DNA of 64,000 nucleotides from Bdellovibrionales bacterium (GTDB lineage Bacteria > Bdellovibrionota > Bdellovibrionia > Bdellovibrionales > UBA1609): positions 32,001 to 96,000 of the forward strand of contig JBFWVI010000003.1 in the NCBI GenBank assembly GCA_050246815.1, in the 5' to 3' direction. The first letter of the stretch is position 1. Every line of letters starts with the position of its first letter. A model generated the notes under the pieces. The model was not told the origin of the DNA. It ran no database searches and saw only the letters and a list, made by a program, of their open reading frames with translations. Positions 42,716-52,643 of this stretch are shown here, one piece after another. The translations under genes and the position numbers were made by a program.

Positions 42716-45076
42716 ATGAATCATTTATTCAAAAAATTTAGACGCGACATCGCGGGGCTCATGTGGGCGGCCCTGGGGATTTTCATTGGTTTGGCTCTTT
42801 TTAGTTACTCTCCCACGGATCCCTCCCTGAACTCCATTGGCAAATCCAGCGTGGCGCATAACTTTTGCGGTTATTTTGGCTCGTTTCTGGCGGATCTTGC
42901 TTATCAACTTTTTGGTTTGAGCGCGTGGGTTTTGGTGTTGGGTTCGCTGAAGGTGTCCTATGCACATTTTCGCGCGCGAGAAGTGGCCGTGACTCGCTGG
43001 CGACTGGTGGTCGGTGCGCTTTTGATGATCACCTTGGCGAGCCTTGGAGCGCTTTATTTTCCGCAGATGCGTTGGTTTTCGGACCAAGTCGCCCTGGGTG
43101 GTGAGGTTGGCCGTTTGGTGAGTCGAGGTTTGATTCGTATTTTTAACGAAGGCGGCGTTGCGGTTATCTTGTGGACAGCCGTTGCAATGTTATTGGTATT
43201 TTACACCGAACGCCCCGTGGCAGAATTGTTGCGTCGACCTTGGCAGATGTTGAGCAGGGGGCCACGCCGGGCGTGGGCGACGATGATGGTCGGGGGCGAG
43301 CGCTTTATGAATGTGTGGCGCAGTTGGTTGATTGCCCCGGCCACGCCCGTAATCAACGCCGAAGAGATCGTGGGAATTCGCGCCAAGCAATTTCGAGCAG
43401 CGGTTGAAGAGGCTCCCGAACGGCGGTTTTTTCCATTGTCGAAAGACAAAGCCGCCGTGCAGGCCGGCGCTCAGGATGAAATCGAAGAGGCAGAGACTCG
43501 CGAACCGGAAATCACACACACGCGTCGCAAAGTTCGATTGTCGATGAAGATCGCGCGTCGTGTGGAGAACTGGGAGCTTCCAAAACTTTCGTTGCTTGAG
43601 GATCCCCCCGCCACTCGCACCCGCCTGGATGAGCGAGAGATTAAGAACAAAGCCAAGCTGCTAGTCGAAAAGCTCGCACAGTTTGATATTCAAGGCGAAG
43701 TTGTGGGTATTAAACCCGGGCCGGCCGTGACGATGTTTGAATTCAAGCCTGCGGCTGACGTCAAAATCAGCCGCATAACGGATCTGGCGGATGATCTTTC
43801 ATTGGCTCTAAGCAGTGAGTCCGTTCGTATCGTCGCGCCGATCCCGGGTCGGGATGTGGTGGGAATTGAAACTTCAAACACCCAGCGCGAAGGTGTTTAT
43901 TTGAAAGACATCGTCGCGCAGAATGATTTTTGGCAAGAAGACTGCAAGCTGCCACTGGCCTTAGGCCGTCGTGCGAATGGTGAGCCCAAGATTGTGGATC
44001 TTCGTAAAATGCCGCATTTGTTGGTAGCGGGAACTACGGGCTCGGGCAAATCGGTATTTGTCGTTTCTGTTCTGACGGGCCTGCTCTTTCGCCATTCGCC
44101 AAAAACGTTGAAACTAATTTTAGTTGATCCGAAGCAAGTGGATTTGGCTGCGTTCAACGAGGTTCCCCATCTTGTGATGCCGCCGATACGTGAAGCGCGA
44201 AAAGCTGTCGGTGCTTTACGCTGGGCAATTCGTGAAATGGAGAAACGTTACCGCTCGATGTCGAAATTCGGGGCGCGCGGCCTTGAGGCTTTCAATGAAA
44301 TGGTGGGAAATCTTTCAGCGGATGAAATCAAAGAACATGAAACTTACAATCAGCCGACCGATGGGCCGGCCAAGCAGGACACCTATTATTTTGCACCACA
44401 ACCCTACATTGTGATTGTCGTTGAAGAGTTTGGTGATCTGATGGCGGTAGACAAAGCGAACGTTGAGCAAGCAGTGGTCCGCTTGGCGCAAATGGCGCGC
44501 GCTTGCGGAATCCACTTGATTTTGGCGATGCAGAGTCCACGCCGTGATGTGGTCACCGGCCTGATCAAAACCAATATCCCTGGTCGGATTAGCTTCAAGG
44601 TGGCCAGCAAGATGGATTCGCGCATTATTCTTGATGAGGGCGGCGCAGAGCGTCTGCTGGCGCGTGGCGACATGCTCTTTTTAGCCCCGGGTGTGGCAAA
44701 GCCAGATCGTCATCATGGACCGTTTCTGTCAGAACCTGAAATTGCGGCAGTGGTTAAAAGTTGGCGTTCTCAAGGTGAACCCGAGTACGACCCTTTGGCG
44801 CTACGCTCGGTGGATGGGAATCCCATGGGCGAGATGGGCGATATTGGAGCTGGTGAGATGTCATTTGATGACGACGATATAAAGGACGAACGCTACGATG
44901 AGATTTTAGCTCACGTCGCAACATTAAAGGATGTGAGCGCCTCGTTGCTGCAGCGCAAATTTCGTCTTGGCTACCCGCGTGCAGCCCGAATGATTGAGAT
45001 ATTTGAAGCGGAGGGCGTGATTGGGCCGGCCAATGGTAGCAAGCCGCGCCAGGTTTTAATCAAAGAGCTCAAATAA
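42716..45076 (+). CDS. ftsK: DNA translocase FtsK
   Basis: N-terminal 4TM, PHLLVAGTTGSGKS, GAERLL..GDML, gamma domain SASLLQR..GYPRAAR. Confidence 0.96.
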   Translation: MNHLFKKFRRDIAGLMWAALGIFIGLALFSYSPTDPSLNSIGKSSVAHNFCGYFGSFLADLAYQLFGLSAWVLVLGSLKVSYAHFRAREVAVTRWRLVVGALLMITLASLGALYFPQMRWFSDQVALGGEVGRLVSRGLIRIFNEGGVAVILWTAVAMLLVFYTERPVAELLRRPWQMLSRGPRRAWATMMVGGERFMNVWRSWLIAPATPVINAEEIVGIRAKQFRAAVEEAPERRFFPLSKDKAAVQAGAQDEIEEAETREPEITHTRRKVRLSMKIARRVENWELPKLSLLEDPPATRTRLDEREIKNKAKLLVEKLAQFDIQGEVVGIKPGPAVTMFEFKPAADVKISRITDLADDLSLALSSESVRIVAPIPGRDVVGIETSNTQREGVYLKDIVAQNDFWQEDCKLPLALGRRANGEPKIVDLRKMPHLLVAGTTGSGKSVFVVSVLTGLLFRHSPKTLKLILVDPKQVDLAAFNEVPHLVMPPIREARKAVGALRWAIREMEKRYRSMSKFGARGLEAFNEMVGNLSADEIKEHETYNQPTDGPAKQDTYYFAPQPYIVIVVEEFGDLMAVDKANVEQAVVRLAQMARACGIHLILAMQSPRRDVVTGLIKTNIPGRISFKVASKMDSRIILDEGGAERLLARGDMLFLAPGVAKPDRHHGPFLSEPEIAAVVKSWRSQGEPEYDPLALRSVDGNPMGEMGDIGAGEMSFDDDDIKDERYDEILAHVATLKDVSASLLQRKFRLGYPRAARMIEIFEAEGVIGPANGSKPRQVLIKELK

Positions 45077-45154
45077 ATTAAGTGCAGGACATCACTTGCC
45101 CCCGACGTTTGGTTGTGATGCGATAGCCGGACTTATTAATAAAGGGGGGCAATT

Positions 45155-45742
45155 ATGCTCAAAAAACTAGTACTCGCAGTTTCTGCGATGATGGCATTCC
45201 AGGCTGGCGCAGCTTCATTGAATATCAATCCGTTCGATGCAAAAAGCTTGGCCACCAAAGTTATGGATGACGTTCGCGCTTCCAAAATTCCTCTGACAGT
45301 TGGCGACACCGCCAGCTACAGCATCGACCTGGCAGGTTTGTTGAAAGGAACTTTGGAAATGTTGGTTCGTGAAGAAACGGCCGAAGGCATTTGGCTAGAA
45401 CAAAACATCGACCTGACGATTCAAAAGCAAAAAGTTGAAACGCTGTTCGATGCCGAAACCGGCGCAGTAAAGAAGATGTTGGTTGATGGCCAAGAACAAA
45501 AGCTCGAGGAGGGCGGCAAAAGCGAAATCGTGGAGTCGAAACCCGACACCATCACTGTTCCCAAGGGCACCTTCGAGTGCACTTACTTGAAAATTCGCAA
45601 CACCGATGCTCAGGGCCAATCCAGCGAAGCTGAGTTGTGGTTAAACCCGGAACTCGTTTCGATCGTGGGCTTGATCAAACAAGTTGCTCAATCGCAACTT
45701 GGCCCCGTGACAGTCGAATTGACGGATTTCAAGAAACAATAA
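45155..45742 (+). CDS. Secreted beta-rich hypothetical protein
   Basis: Signal peptide ending AGA; TITVPKGTFEC motif. Confidence 0.75.
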   Translation: MLKKLVLAVSAMMAFQAGAASLNINPFDAKSLATKVMDDVRASKIPLTVGDTASYSIDLAGLLKGTLEMLVREETAEGIWLEQNIDLTIQKQKVETLFDAETGAVKKMLVDGQEQKLEEGGKSEIVESKPDTITVPKGTFECTYLKIRNTDAQGQSSEAELWLNPELVSIVGLIKQVAQSQLGPVTVELTDFKKQ

Positions 45743-46644
45743 TGTTTCGATATGAAGTCTTGAAACTAAGGGCGACCATTCAATGGGTCGCCCTTTTTCT
45801 TTTTTTAAAGGCCCCGTTTGCGATGGCTAAGCCGCCTGTGCCGCCGGCGAAGGCCCCAGATTTCAAAGACGTCCTGGCTCAGGCCCAAGAATTGCTACTC
45901 AATAAAAAACGTAACGAGGCGCTTCAAAAGCTGCAGCAGCTGCGAGCACAAAATAGTCTGAAGCCGACCGAACGCGAAGAGCTCAACGAGGCCACCAAAG
46001 AGATTGCCACACGGTTTTTGACCGACAAAGGGCAACGTTCTTATGAATTAGGCCTTTCGCGGCTCCCTGCTCAGGCCGCCACCGCACTAACTCACTTGCG
46101 AGCCGCAGAATTGTTAGAGGACGGCAATGCTCAAATTCAAGAGGCGGTGGTTCGCGCACTTTTAGCGAACGAAGATTGCAAAACAGCGGCAAAAGAGGCC
46201 GCTGTTTTGCAATCTTTATCCGCGGTATTTTCGCAACTGCAAGAGCTGCAGATGCAAATCGCATGGTGCCTAGATGATGCAGCTGAAGTCGAAAGTCTTT
46301 TAAAGCGCAAGGCCGCAGAGAACAGGCTTACGCCACATTTGCAGAAGCTCGCTGCGGCTTGGCTTAAGTGGCGGCAAAAAGATCCTGAGCGCGCCGTCAC
46401 CCTGCTTCGAGAAGTTGTGGCAACGGACCCCAAAAACCCTGCCGCACTTTATTGGCTGTGGCGCGTGCAAAAAGAGCAAGATCTTGACGCTCAGGCCGCG
46501 GCGGCGGCCTTCACCAAGCGTTGTCGGCTTTACGAGGTGGAATTTCGTCGACGGACGAGCCCAATGATCGAAATGTGTTTGCACTTCAATGAGGTTGAGG
46601 CTTATTTGAAGGCCAAAGGAGCAGAGGGCGCAGATGCAGGATAA
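45742..46644 (+). CDS. TPR-like helical hypothetical protein (start uncertain)
   Basis: TAATG coupling to upstream gene; Ala/Leu-rich helical repeats (DPKNPAALYWL). Confidence 0.65.
   Translation: MFRYEVLKLRATIQWVALFLFLKAPFAMAKPPVPPAKAPDFKDVLAQAQELLLNKKRNEALQKLQQLRAQNSLKPTEREELNEATKEIATRFLTDKGQRSYELGLSRLPAQAATALTHLRAAELLEDGNAQIQEAVVRALLANEDCKTAAKEAAVLQSLSAVFSQLQELQMQIAWCLDDAAEVESLLKRKAAENRLTPHLQKLAAAWLKWRQKDPERAVTLLREVVATDPKNPAALYWLWRVQKEQDLDAQAAAAAFTKRCRLYEVEFRRRTSPMIEMCLHFNEVEAYLKAKGAEGADAG
45768..45806 (+). terminator. Intrinsic terminator-like hairpin
   Basis: AAGGGCGACC/GGTCGCCCTT stem + TTTCTTTTTTT. Confidence 0.7.
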
Positions 46645-46870
46645 GAGGAATCAAGCTTTTATTCAACTCACCCTGCTGCTGACAGTTGGCTTATTACTTG
46701 GCTGCGGTGTGCGTGGCGACCCTGTTCCGCCACAGCGCCCGGCCGAGCTAGGCCGCGGCAGACCGACCTACCGACGGGCCACCGAACGGGTCAAAGTGCA
46801 GACCAATCTTGAGGCCGAAGAGACCGAAGAGACCGAGGAAAACGATGAAGAGAACGAGGAAAACGAGTGA
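46634..46870 (+). CDS. Small lipoprotein, LptM/LppL-like, with acidic tail
   Basis: LLLGC-GVRGDPVPP lipobox motif; directly before dap genes. Confidence 0.65.
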   Translation: MQDKRNQAFIQLTLLLTVGLLLGCGVRGDPVPPQRPAELGRGRPTYRRATERVKVQTNLEAEETEETEENDEENEENE

Positions 46871-47772
46871 GCGAGCACAGTTCTTTAGGCCTAGATGGCG
46901 TCATCACCGCGCTGGTCACACCCTTTTATAAGGGCGAAGTGGATGATCGCTCTTTTAAACGATTATTGTTTAATCAGTTGAATGACGGTGTTGATGGCGT
47001 GGTCGTCAGCGGCACCACAGGTGAAAGTCCGACACTTCGATACAACGAAATCGAAAAGCTGTTCATGATGGCGAAGACCGAGGCCGGGGGCAAAGTTCCG
47101 GTTTTGTTGGGCACAGGCTCCAATTGCACCCGCCATACCATCGAAATGACTCAAGCAGCCGGCCGGTGGGGTGCGGATGCAGCTCTTGTGGCCACGCCCT
47201 ACTACAACAAACCACCCCAGCGTGGACTTTTGGCCCACTTCACGGCGGTGGCCGAGGCCAGTCAGATACCGATCGTTCTTTACGATGTACCTGGGCGAAC
47301 GATCACCTCGATTGCGGTGGAAACGGTAATTGCGCTGGCCAAGCACCCTCGCATTGTCGGCATCAAAGAGGCGAGTGGGGACCTAAAGCGGCTCGATCAA
47401 ATCAAGGCCAATGTGGCCGCCGACTTTACTTTGTTGAGCGGTGATGACGATACCTGCGTTGAATTTTGCCGTCGTGGCGGTCAAGGTGTGATTTCCGTGG
47501 TGTCGCACTTGATGGTTCCCGAGCTGAAAGAATTTTTGCGTCGAGCGCGCGGCCAAGACCCCAAGGCCGAGCAAGATTTCAAAAAATACCAAGCCTTGCT
47601 GCGTGCGATTTATGCCGAATCCAACCCGATTCCGATCAAAGCGGCTCTTTACCTGAAGGGGCTGATTGACTCGATGGAAATGAGATTACCTTTGGTCGCC
47701 TTGGCCGAAGAGCATTTGACGAACCTTAAGGATGAAATGCAAAAATTAGGTATGATCGGAGCCCATACATGA
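46867..47772 (+). CDS. dapA: 4-hydroxy-tetrahydrodipicolinate synthase
   Basis: TALVTPF, GTTGES, PYYNKP, YDVPGRT, GIKEASG, NPIPIK. Confidence 0.96.
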   Translation: MSEHSSLGLDGVITALVTPFYKGEVDDRSFKRLLFNQLNDGVDGVVVSGTTGESPTLRYNEIEKLFMMAKTEAGGKVPVLLGTGSNCTRHTIEMTQAAGRWGADAALVATPYYNKPPQRGLLAHFTAVAEASQIPIVLYDVPGRTITSIAVETVIALAKHPRIVGIKEASGDLKRLDQIKANVAADFTLLSGDDDTCVEFCRRGGQGVISVVSHLMVPELKEFLRRARGQDPKAEQDFKKYQALLRAIYAESNPIPIKAALYLKGLIDSMEMRLPLVALAEEHLTNLKDEMQKLGMIGAHT

Positions 47773-48470
47773 AGAAGTTGGCCGTGGTCGGAGCTGCCGG
47801 CCGTATGGGCAAAGAGATTTTGCTTTTGCTCGAAAACCACGAGGAGCTCAAAGTCACAGACACGGTGGATCCGCATGGACGGACCTCGGCCCGCACCATT
47901 GAGGAGGTGGATCCAGAGCGTTGTGACGGGGTGATTGATTTTTCGCAGCCAGCCTCGACAATGAAGGTGGCCAAATGGTGTGCCAAGCACAAAAAGTTTT
48001 TAGTCAGTGGTACCACAGGCCTTTCGCGCGCCCAGCAAAGCAGTCTCAAAACCTTAAGTCGGCGCATTCCGATTTTGTGGGCCCCCAACCTGAGTATGGG
48101 CATCGCGGCTATGAAAGAAGCTCTTAAGGCGTTCGCAGGATTGAAGGACTTTGATTTTCAGATCGAAGAAATTCACCATCGCCACAAAAAGGACAGTCCA
48201 AGCGGGACCGCGATCGCTCTTCAACAAGTGCTCAGCGAGGCGTTAGGCCGCCGTTTACCCGAGCCGGTTTCAGTGCGCGGCGGTGGAGTGCGGGGCGTGC
48301 ATCGGGTTTTTGCCATGGGCGAGGGCGAAATTATTTATCTTGAACACGTGGCGATGGATCGGGCGATTTTTGCCCGGGGCGCGGTTGCGGCCGCCGAGTG
48401 GTTAAGCCATCAGCGGCGGGGTTTTTACGGAGTGGATGATTTATGGCAGCAGCAACACCGCAAACGGTGA
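47769..48470 (+). CDS. dapB: 4-hydroxy-tetrahydrodipicolinate reductase
   Basis: GAAGRMG, IDFS, GTTG, EIHHRHKKDSPSGTA. Confidence 0.95.
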   Translation: MKKLAVVGAAGRMGKEILLLLENHEELKVTDTVDPHGRTSARTIEEVDPERCDGVIDFSQPASTMKVAKWCAKHKKFLVSGTTGLSRAQQSSLKTLSRRIPILWAPNLSMGIAAMKEALKAFAGLKDFDFQIEEIHHRHKKDSPSGTAIALQQVLSEALGRRLPEPVSVRGGGVRGVHRVFAMGEGEIIYLEHVAMDRAIFARGAVAAAEWLSHQRRGFYGVDDLWQQQHRKR

Positions 48471-48979
48471 TCTTGGGCCTGAAGGTCCACAGCAGCGATG
48501 GTCTGAATCTGGTCAAAAACGCCCTGCAAGAGTTTGGCAAAGTGGTGCAGCCGGTGTCGATCTCTTCAGTCTATCGTGTTCATACCGAGGCAGAAATCTC
48601 AGCGCACATTCATGATTTAAGATCCCACGCGGTTTTTGAGGGCTTGGTGGTCGCAATGAAGGGTTTCAGCACGTTGTCGCCCGAGGCTCTTAACCAGGCC
48701 TTACGCCACAAAGAGGCGCTTTTCCGCAACGAAGCCTTGCGGCAAAGCGTCACAGTTTCATTTAGTTTCTATGGTTCGGCCACAATGATGACACCGGATT
48801 TGACCCTGCCCGACCCTATTTTCCATCTGCAACCAGAAAGTGTGCTGCCCGCGGCAGAAATCTCGCCGGAATTTGTTCATCCGGTGCTGCGAAAGACCTT
48901 GCGTGAGCTGGCCAAACCCTTTGTTTATGCTCATTGGGGCGAGTTCGTGGCTCAGGGCAAGGCGATGCTTGATTTTTAG
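48443..48979 (+). CDS. FolK (HPPK)-fold protein, catalytically degenerate
   Basis: SSVY, LSPEAL, DLTLP, VLP.AEI.P..VHPVL scaffold retained; catalytic motifs missing. Confidence 0.65.
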   Translation: MAAATPQTVILGLKVHSSDGLNLVKNALQEFGKVVQPVSISSVYRVHTEAEISAHIHDLRSHAVFEGLVVAMKGFSTLSPEALNQALRHKEALFRNEALRQSVTVSFSFYGSATMMTPDLTLPDPIFHLQPESVLPAAEISPEFVHPVLRKTLRELAKPFVYAHWGEFVAQGKAMLDF

Positions 48980-49047
48980 CGGCACTGCCAATAAACCTTG
49001 CCCCATTCGCCTGATATCCAGGGGTTGCGCTGAAGGAGTTTGATAGC

Positions 49048-49692
49048 ATGCAATTTTATATTGATACCGCCGACATCGAAGAAATCCGTCAGGCCAACCG
49101 CCGCGGCTGGGTGGATGGTGTGACCACCAATCCCACCTTGATCGCCAAAACAGGCCGCCGTCACCACGATGTGATTAAAGACATTTGCAATGAAGTCAGT
49201 GGTCTGGTTTCCGCGGAAGTGATTAGCACAACCACCGATGCTATGGTGAAAGAGGGCCTTGAGCTTGCGAAAATCGCCGACAACGTGGTCGTGAAGATTC
49301 CCATGTGCGAGGACGGCTTGGTCGCGGTTCGCCGACTGGCGTCAGATGGTATCAAGACTAACGTCACGCTGGTGTTCTCTCCGCTACAAGCGCTCCTGGT
49401 AGCGAAGGCCGGGGCCACGCTGATGTCACCGTTTGTGGGCCGCCTAGATGACGTGGGCTATAACGGAATGCAGTTGATTAGTCAGATTACTCAGATCTAC
49501 ACCAACTATGGTTATGAAACCAAAGTCTTGGTTGCCAGCGTTCGTCACCCGGTGCACATCTTGGATGCCGCAATGATCAGCGCCGACATTGTGACCATTC
49601 CGTACAAGGTGATGCAGCAATTGGCTCAGCACCCCTTAACTGACAAAGGTATCGCTCAGTTCTTGAAAGACGCGCAAAACCTGCCAAAATAA
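49048..49692 (+). CDS. fsa: Transaldolase family / fructose-6-phosphate aldolase
   Basis: IDTAD, GVTTNPTL, VKIP, NVTLVFS, SPFVGRLDD. Confidence 0.92.
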   Translation: MQFYIDTADIEEIRQANRRGWVDGVTTNPTLIAKTGRRHHDVIKDICNEVSGLVSAEVISTTTDAMVKEGLELAKIADNVVVKIPMCEDGLVAVRRLASDGIKTNVTLVFSPLQALLVAKAGATLMSPFVGRLDDVGYNGMQLISQITQIYTNYGYETKVLVASVRHPVHILDAAMISADIVTIPYKVMQQLAQHPLTDKGIAQFLKDAQNLPK

Positions 49693-49696
49693 TCGG

Positions 49697-50143
49697 ATGT
49701 TGTTGAGAACATTCGCCTTTGCCGTGCTGGTTATTCTGTGTGGTTGCGTCAGCCCTGGGGGGCTGACTGTGGGCGAAGTGGATCGCCCGTTAAGCGAGTT
49801 GCAACACATTGCCGCAAAATCTTTGCCTCTAGGATTAAGAACTACCTCGGCCAACGGCCGGGAGTTTTTCTCAAACTATTTTGTTGCGGCAGGCCGCAAA
49901 TTTAAGGCAGCCGAAAAATTGCGGGAGCGAAAGTACGCGCAAATTCAGGTTCTGGGCGATCGTCGCCCCTACAAGATTCAAGTTTATGTGCAAAATGAGC
50001 GAACGGACGCGGCCAGCCAGACTGGCTATTCAAATGTGGGTACAGACCTTGGGTTAGCAAAGGTGATCAAGCGACGCGTTCAGCAGCAACTCAACAAACG
50101 TCGCGAAGATCTCAACATCATTGACGATTTCAGAGTATTCTAA
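49697..50143 (+). CDS. Hypothetical lipoprotein
   Basis: Signal with LCGC lipobox; 148 aa. Confidence 0.7.
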   Translation: MLLRTFAFAVLVILCGCVSPGGLTVGEVDRPLSELQHIAAKSLPLGLRTTSANGREFFSNYFVAAGRKFKAAEKLRERKYAQIQVLGDRRPYKIQVYVQNERTDAASQTGYSNVGTDLGLAKVIKRRVQQQLNKRREDLNIIDDFRVF

Positions 50144-50195
50144 CTAGACTATTCACGGGGCCAAGAAGGAATCTGGGCTTTTTTCTAAGGATGGA

Positions 50196-52475
50196 TTGAT
50201 GATCAGGGCTTCTTTTAAGAAGCGAATTGGATCTAAATATTCGTGGTTTATCGCTGCGGCGGTTACCTTTTCTGGAAGCAATCTTGCTCACATCGATGCC
50301 CGTGGAACAGCAAATCAAGCACTAACAATTTCTTTGCCCCACATGTCGCCTGCGATGGCCGCGCTTGAAGACAGCGTGAAAAGTTGGAACGTGCAACAGG
50401 TCGGCACTCGACCAGTTATTCAGGAAATCAAGTTGAACTCAGGTGCCAGTGGCGCGGCTATGGTCGAAAAAATTCTACGACCCATGGTTCCCTACGAAAT
50501 TCGTATGCAACAGTGGTTGGCCCGAATCCCCATGGGCGGGCGCATCCGCATGCCAGCGGTGCAATCAACCGCCTTTCCTGCAGGCCAAATGGTGGCCTTG
50601 CAGGGCATGACCATTCGTCAGCCCGAGCCAGCTCAGCCAATCGCTATTTCGCCAGTGCAACCCGTGACCGCGAAAATTCAACTGCCGCGTCGCGAGTGGA
50701 ACGAAGGTGCAACCGAACTTTCATCCAACCAGCGTGATCGTCTGGTCGCACAACTATCTGAACAAAACTGGAACACCGCAACTTTTGCTGAAAAAGCAAA
50801 ACAGCTCATCGAAAAAGAAAAGGGCCCAGCCCCCACCGACCAAAGCGTGCGCTATAACGGTGGAATTTTGGTTGCAACACAAGTGCCGCAGCCGCCCCCT
50901 GCTGTGCCGCCCCTATCGACTTCGCCACAGACAAGTTTGCCGCCGACACCTAATAATGTCGGCTCTCATTCCGAACCGACCCCGGGTATCAGCTGGGCAA
51001 AACCAGACGATGGGCAATCTGTTCGCGCCACTTTAAGCGGCACGATTCGTTTGGCCGGAGGCCTGGCGGTGACAGATCCTGGTGAAACGTTGGTCATATT
51101 CCGTGAATGGGAAGGTCTGGCCGTCGAGAGGGCACAAGTGTGGATGAACGATGGCCGTTTTGAAGTATCGACCCGCTCTTTGCGAGGTCGACTGCTGGGT
51201 CAGTTGCGCGACGCCCGCGGCCAAATATTGGGTGAAGGCGAAATCAAACTAAACCAGCTCACTCCCCGCGCTGACACCGACCGCATTGACGATTTGATGA
51301 TGACACTTCGGCCGGTCTTTGCTGGCGCGCGTGTTGATGTGATCTCAGTGCACTCGTATGGCCAGCAGATTCAAACCGTCAAAACCGCCAAAGTGTGGAT
51401 GATGGGCGAAAGCCAACCCATGAAGACCGATGAGGACCGTCGCTATTTCAGTGAAGAAGGTTTGAAAAAAAGCAGCACCTTTGTGGCACAGGCATCCGCC
51501 GAGAACCATTGGGGCACGATCGTGGTGGGTTTGACCGGCCAAGAAAGTCGAGCACTTTTGTTTCCGAACAAGTTTATGGAGGCTTTGCTGAACCTGACCA
51601 TCGGCAGCGGTCGTCAGGTGGCCGATCGCAGCGGTGTGATCTGGGGCCGAGTCACCAAAAACGGACAGCCCGTCACCGGTGCGCGGGTTGAAATGGCTGG
51701 GGATCACCGTCAGCAGGGTCATTATTTTAATGCCATGCTGTTGCCCGATCGCTTTGCTGACGCCACGGGCGAAAACGGGACATTTGCTTTTGTCGAAGTC
51801 ACGCCGGGTATTCAATCTGTGCGCGTGATCTATCAAGGTCAGGCTTGGCCGGCCCAGATCATTCCGGTTGAGAGAAATCATGTTTCTTATTTAGATTTCG
51901 AGTTGGGCACGCCGGAGTCCGTGCCGCTTGAGATTTTTGATCCTTTGGATGGCAGCCAAGAACTCAATGGAATCTTGCGATGGGCCGGCGATGAAACCAG
52001 TGAAATAGAAGTGCAAGGTCGCGGTCGTCTGGGTGTGCCAAGTGGGCCTGGGCTTGTGATGCTTGAAGCCGATGCCGGTGAAAAGTTTGAATTGATGCGC
52101 TACACGATTTCTCGCAATACCCGTCGTCTGAAGCTGCCTGTTGTGCGTCGTGACTGGATTTTGTCGCTGGCATCACGAAAGCGTGTGAACTTGGATGCGG
52201 GCGTAGGTATAGCGGTCGGTTTCGGGCTGCCAGAAGACTTCACGGTTCATTTGGATCGCACCGAAGACAGTTCGGCAACACCCGAAATCGTCTATTTTAA
52301 TTCGCAGGGCCAAGCGATGTTCACCGATGAGGGCGTCGCTGGCGGCGGATTTATCGTGTTTAATGTTCCGACGGGACTGCGCACTGTCACCTTGGCCAGC
52401 AAAAGTGATCGAAAACTTTTCCGCCAAGTCATCTTGTCTTCCAGCGACGCGGTTAATTTAGTTTTGACCGAGTAG
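50196..52475 (+). CDS. Large exported hypothetical protein with Pro-rich linker and carboxypeptidase-regulatory-like beta domains
   Basis: 759-aa ORF; IWGRVTKNGQPVTGARV, TGENGTFAF..V.PG, GGFIVFNVPTG. Confidence 0.75.
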   Translation: MMIRASFKKRIGSKYSWFIAAAVTFSGSNLAHIDARGTANQALTISLPHMSPAMAALEDSVKSWNVQQVGTRPVIQEIKLNSGASGAAMVEKILRPMVPYEIRMQQWLARIPMGGRIRMPAVQSTAFPAGQMVALQGMTIRQPEPAQPIAISPVQPVTAKIQLPRREWNEGATELSSNQRDRLVAQLSEQNWNTATFAEKAKQLIEKEKGPAPTDQSVRYNGGILVATQVPQPPPAVPPLSTSPQTSLPPTPNNVGSHSEPTPGISWAKPDDGQSVRATLSGTIRLAGGLAVTDPGETLVIFREWEGLAVERAQVWMNDGRFEVSTRSLRGRLLGQLRDARGQILGEGEIKLNQLTPRADTDRIDDLMMTLRPVFAGARVDVISVHSYGQQIQTVKTAKVWMMGESQPMKTDEDRRYFSEEGLKKSSTFVAQASAENHWGTIVVGLTGQESRALLFPNKFMEALLNLTIGSGRQVADRSGVIWGRVTKNGQPVTGARVEMAGDHRQQGHYFNAMLLPDRFADATGENGTFAFVEVTPGIQSVRVIYQGQAWPAQIIPVERNHVSYLDFELGTPESVPLEIFDPLDGSQELNGILRWAGDETSEIEVQGRGRLGVPSGPGLVMLEADAGEKFELMRYTISRNTRRLKLPVVRRDWILSLASRKRVNLDAGVGIAVGFGLPEDFTVHLDRTEDSSATPEIVYFNSQGQAMFTDEGVAGGGFIVFNVPTGLRTVTLASKSDRKLFRQVILSSSDAVNLVLTE

Positions 52476-52572
52476 GTGCGGGAGATTGCGTTAGAATTTA
52501 GTCATTCCAATGAGTATGGCGGCTTTTTTGCCACCTGCCTGGCAGGGGCCGAGTGCCGTCGCTGCGCGCCTC

Positions 52573-52602
52573 GTTTCAAAAGTTGAAACACTTGTTTCAA
52601 AA
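52573..52602. promoter_or_regulatory. Palindromic operator array upstream of TIGR02147 gene
   Basis: GTTTCAA-AAG-TTGAAAC overlapping TTGAAACA-CT-TGTTTCAA. Confidence 0.55.
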
Positions 52603-52643
52603 CCTACTTGCTTCACAGGACGTTCAAAGAGCAAGCTAGTCCC

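Noticed and set aside
52583..52600. Palindrome TTGAAACACTTGTTTCAA as a parS site
   Set aside because: Half-sites are in the opposite arrangement and spacing to parS (TGTTTCACGTGAAACA); no convincing parS was seen in the window by eye
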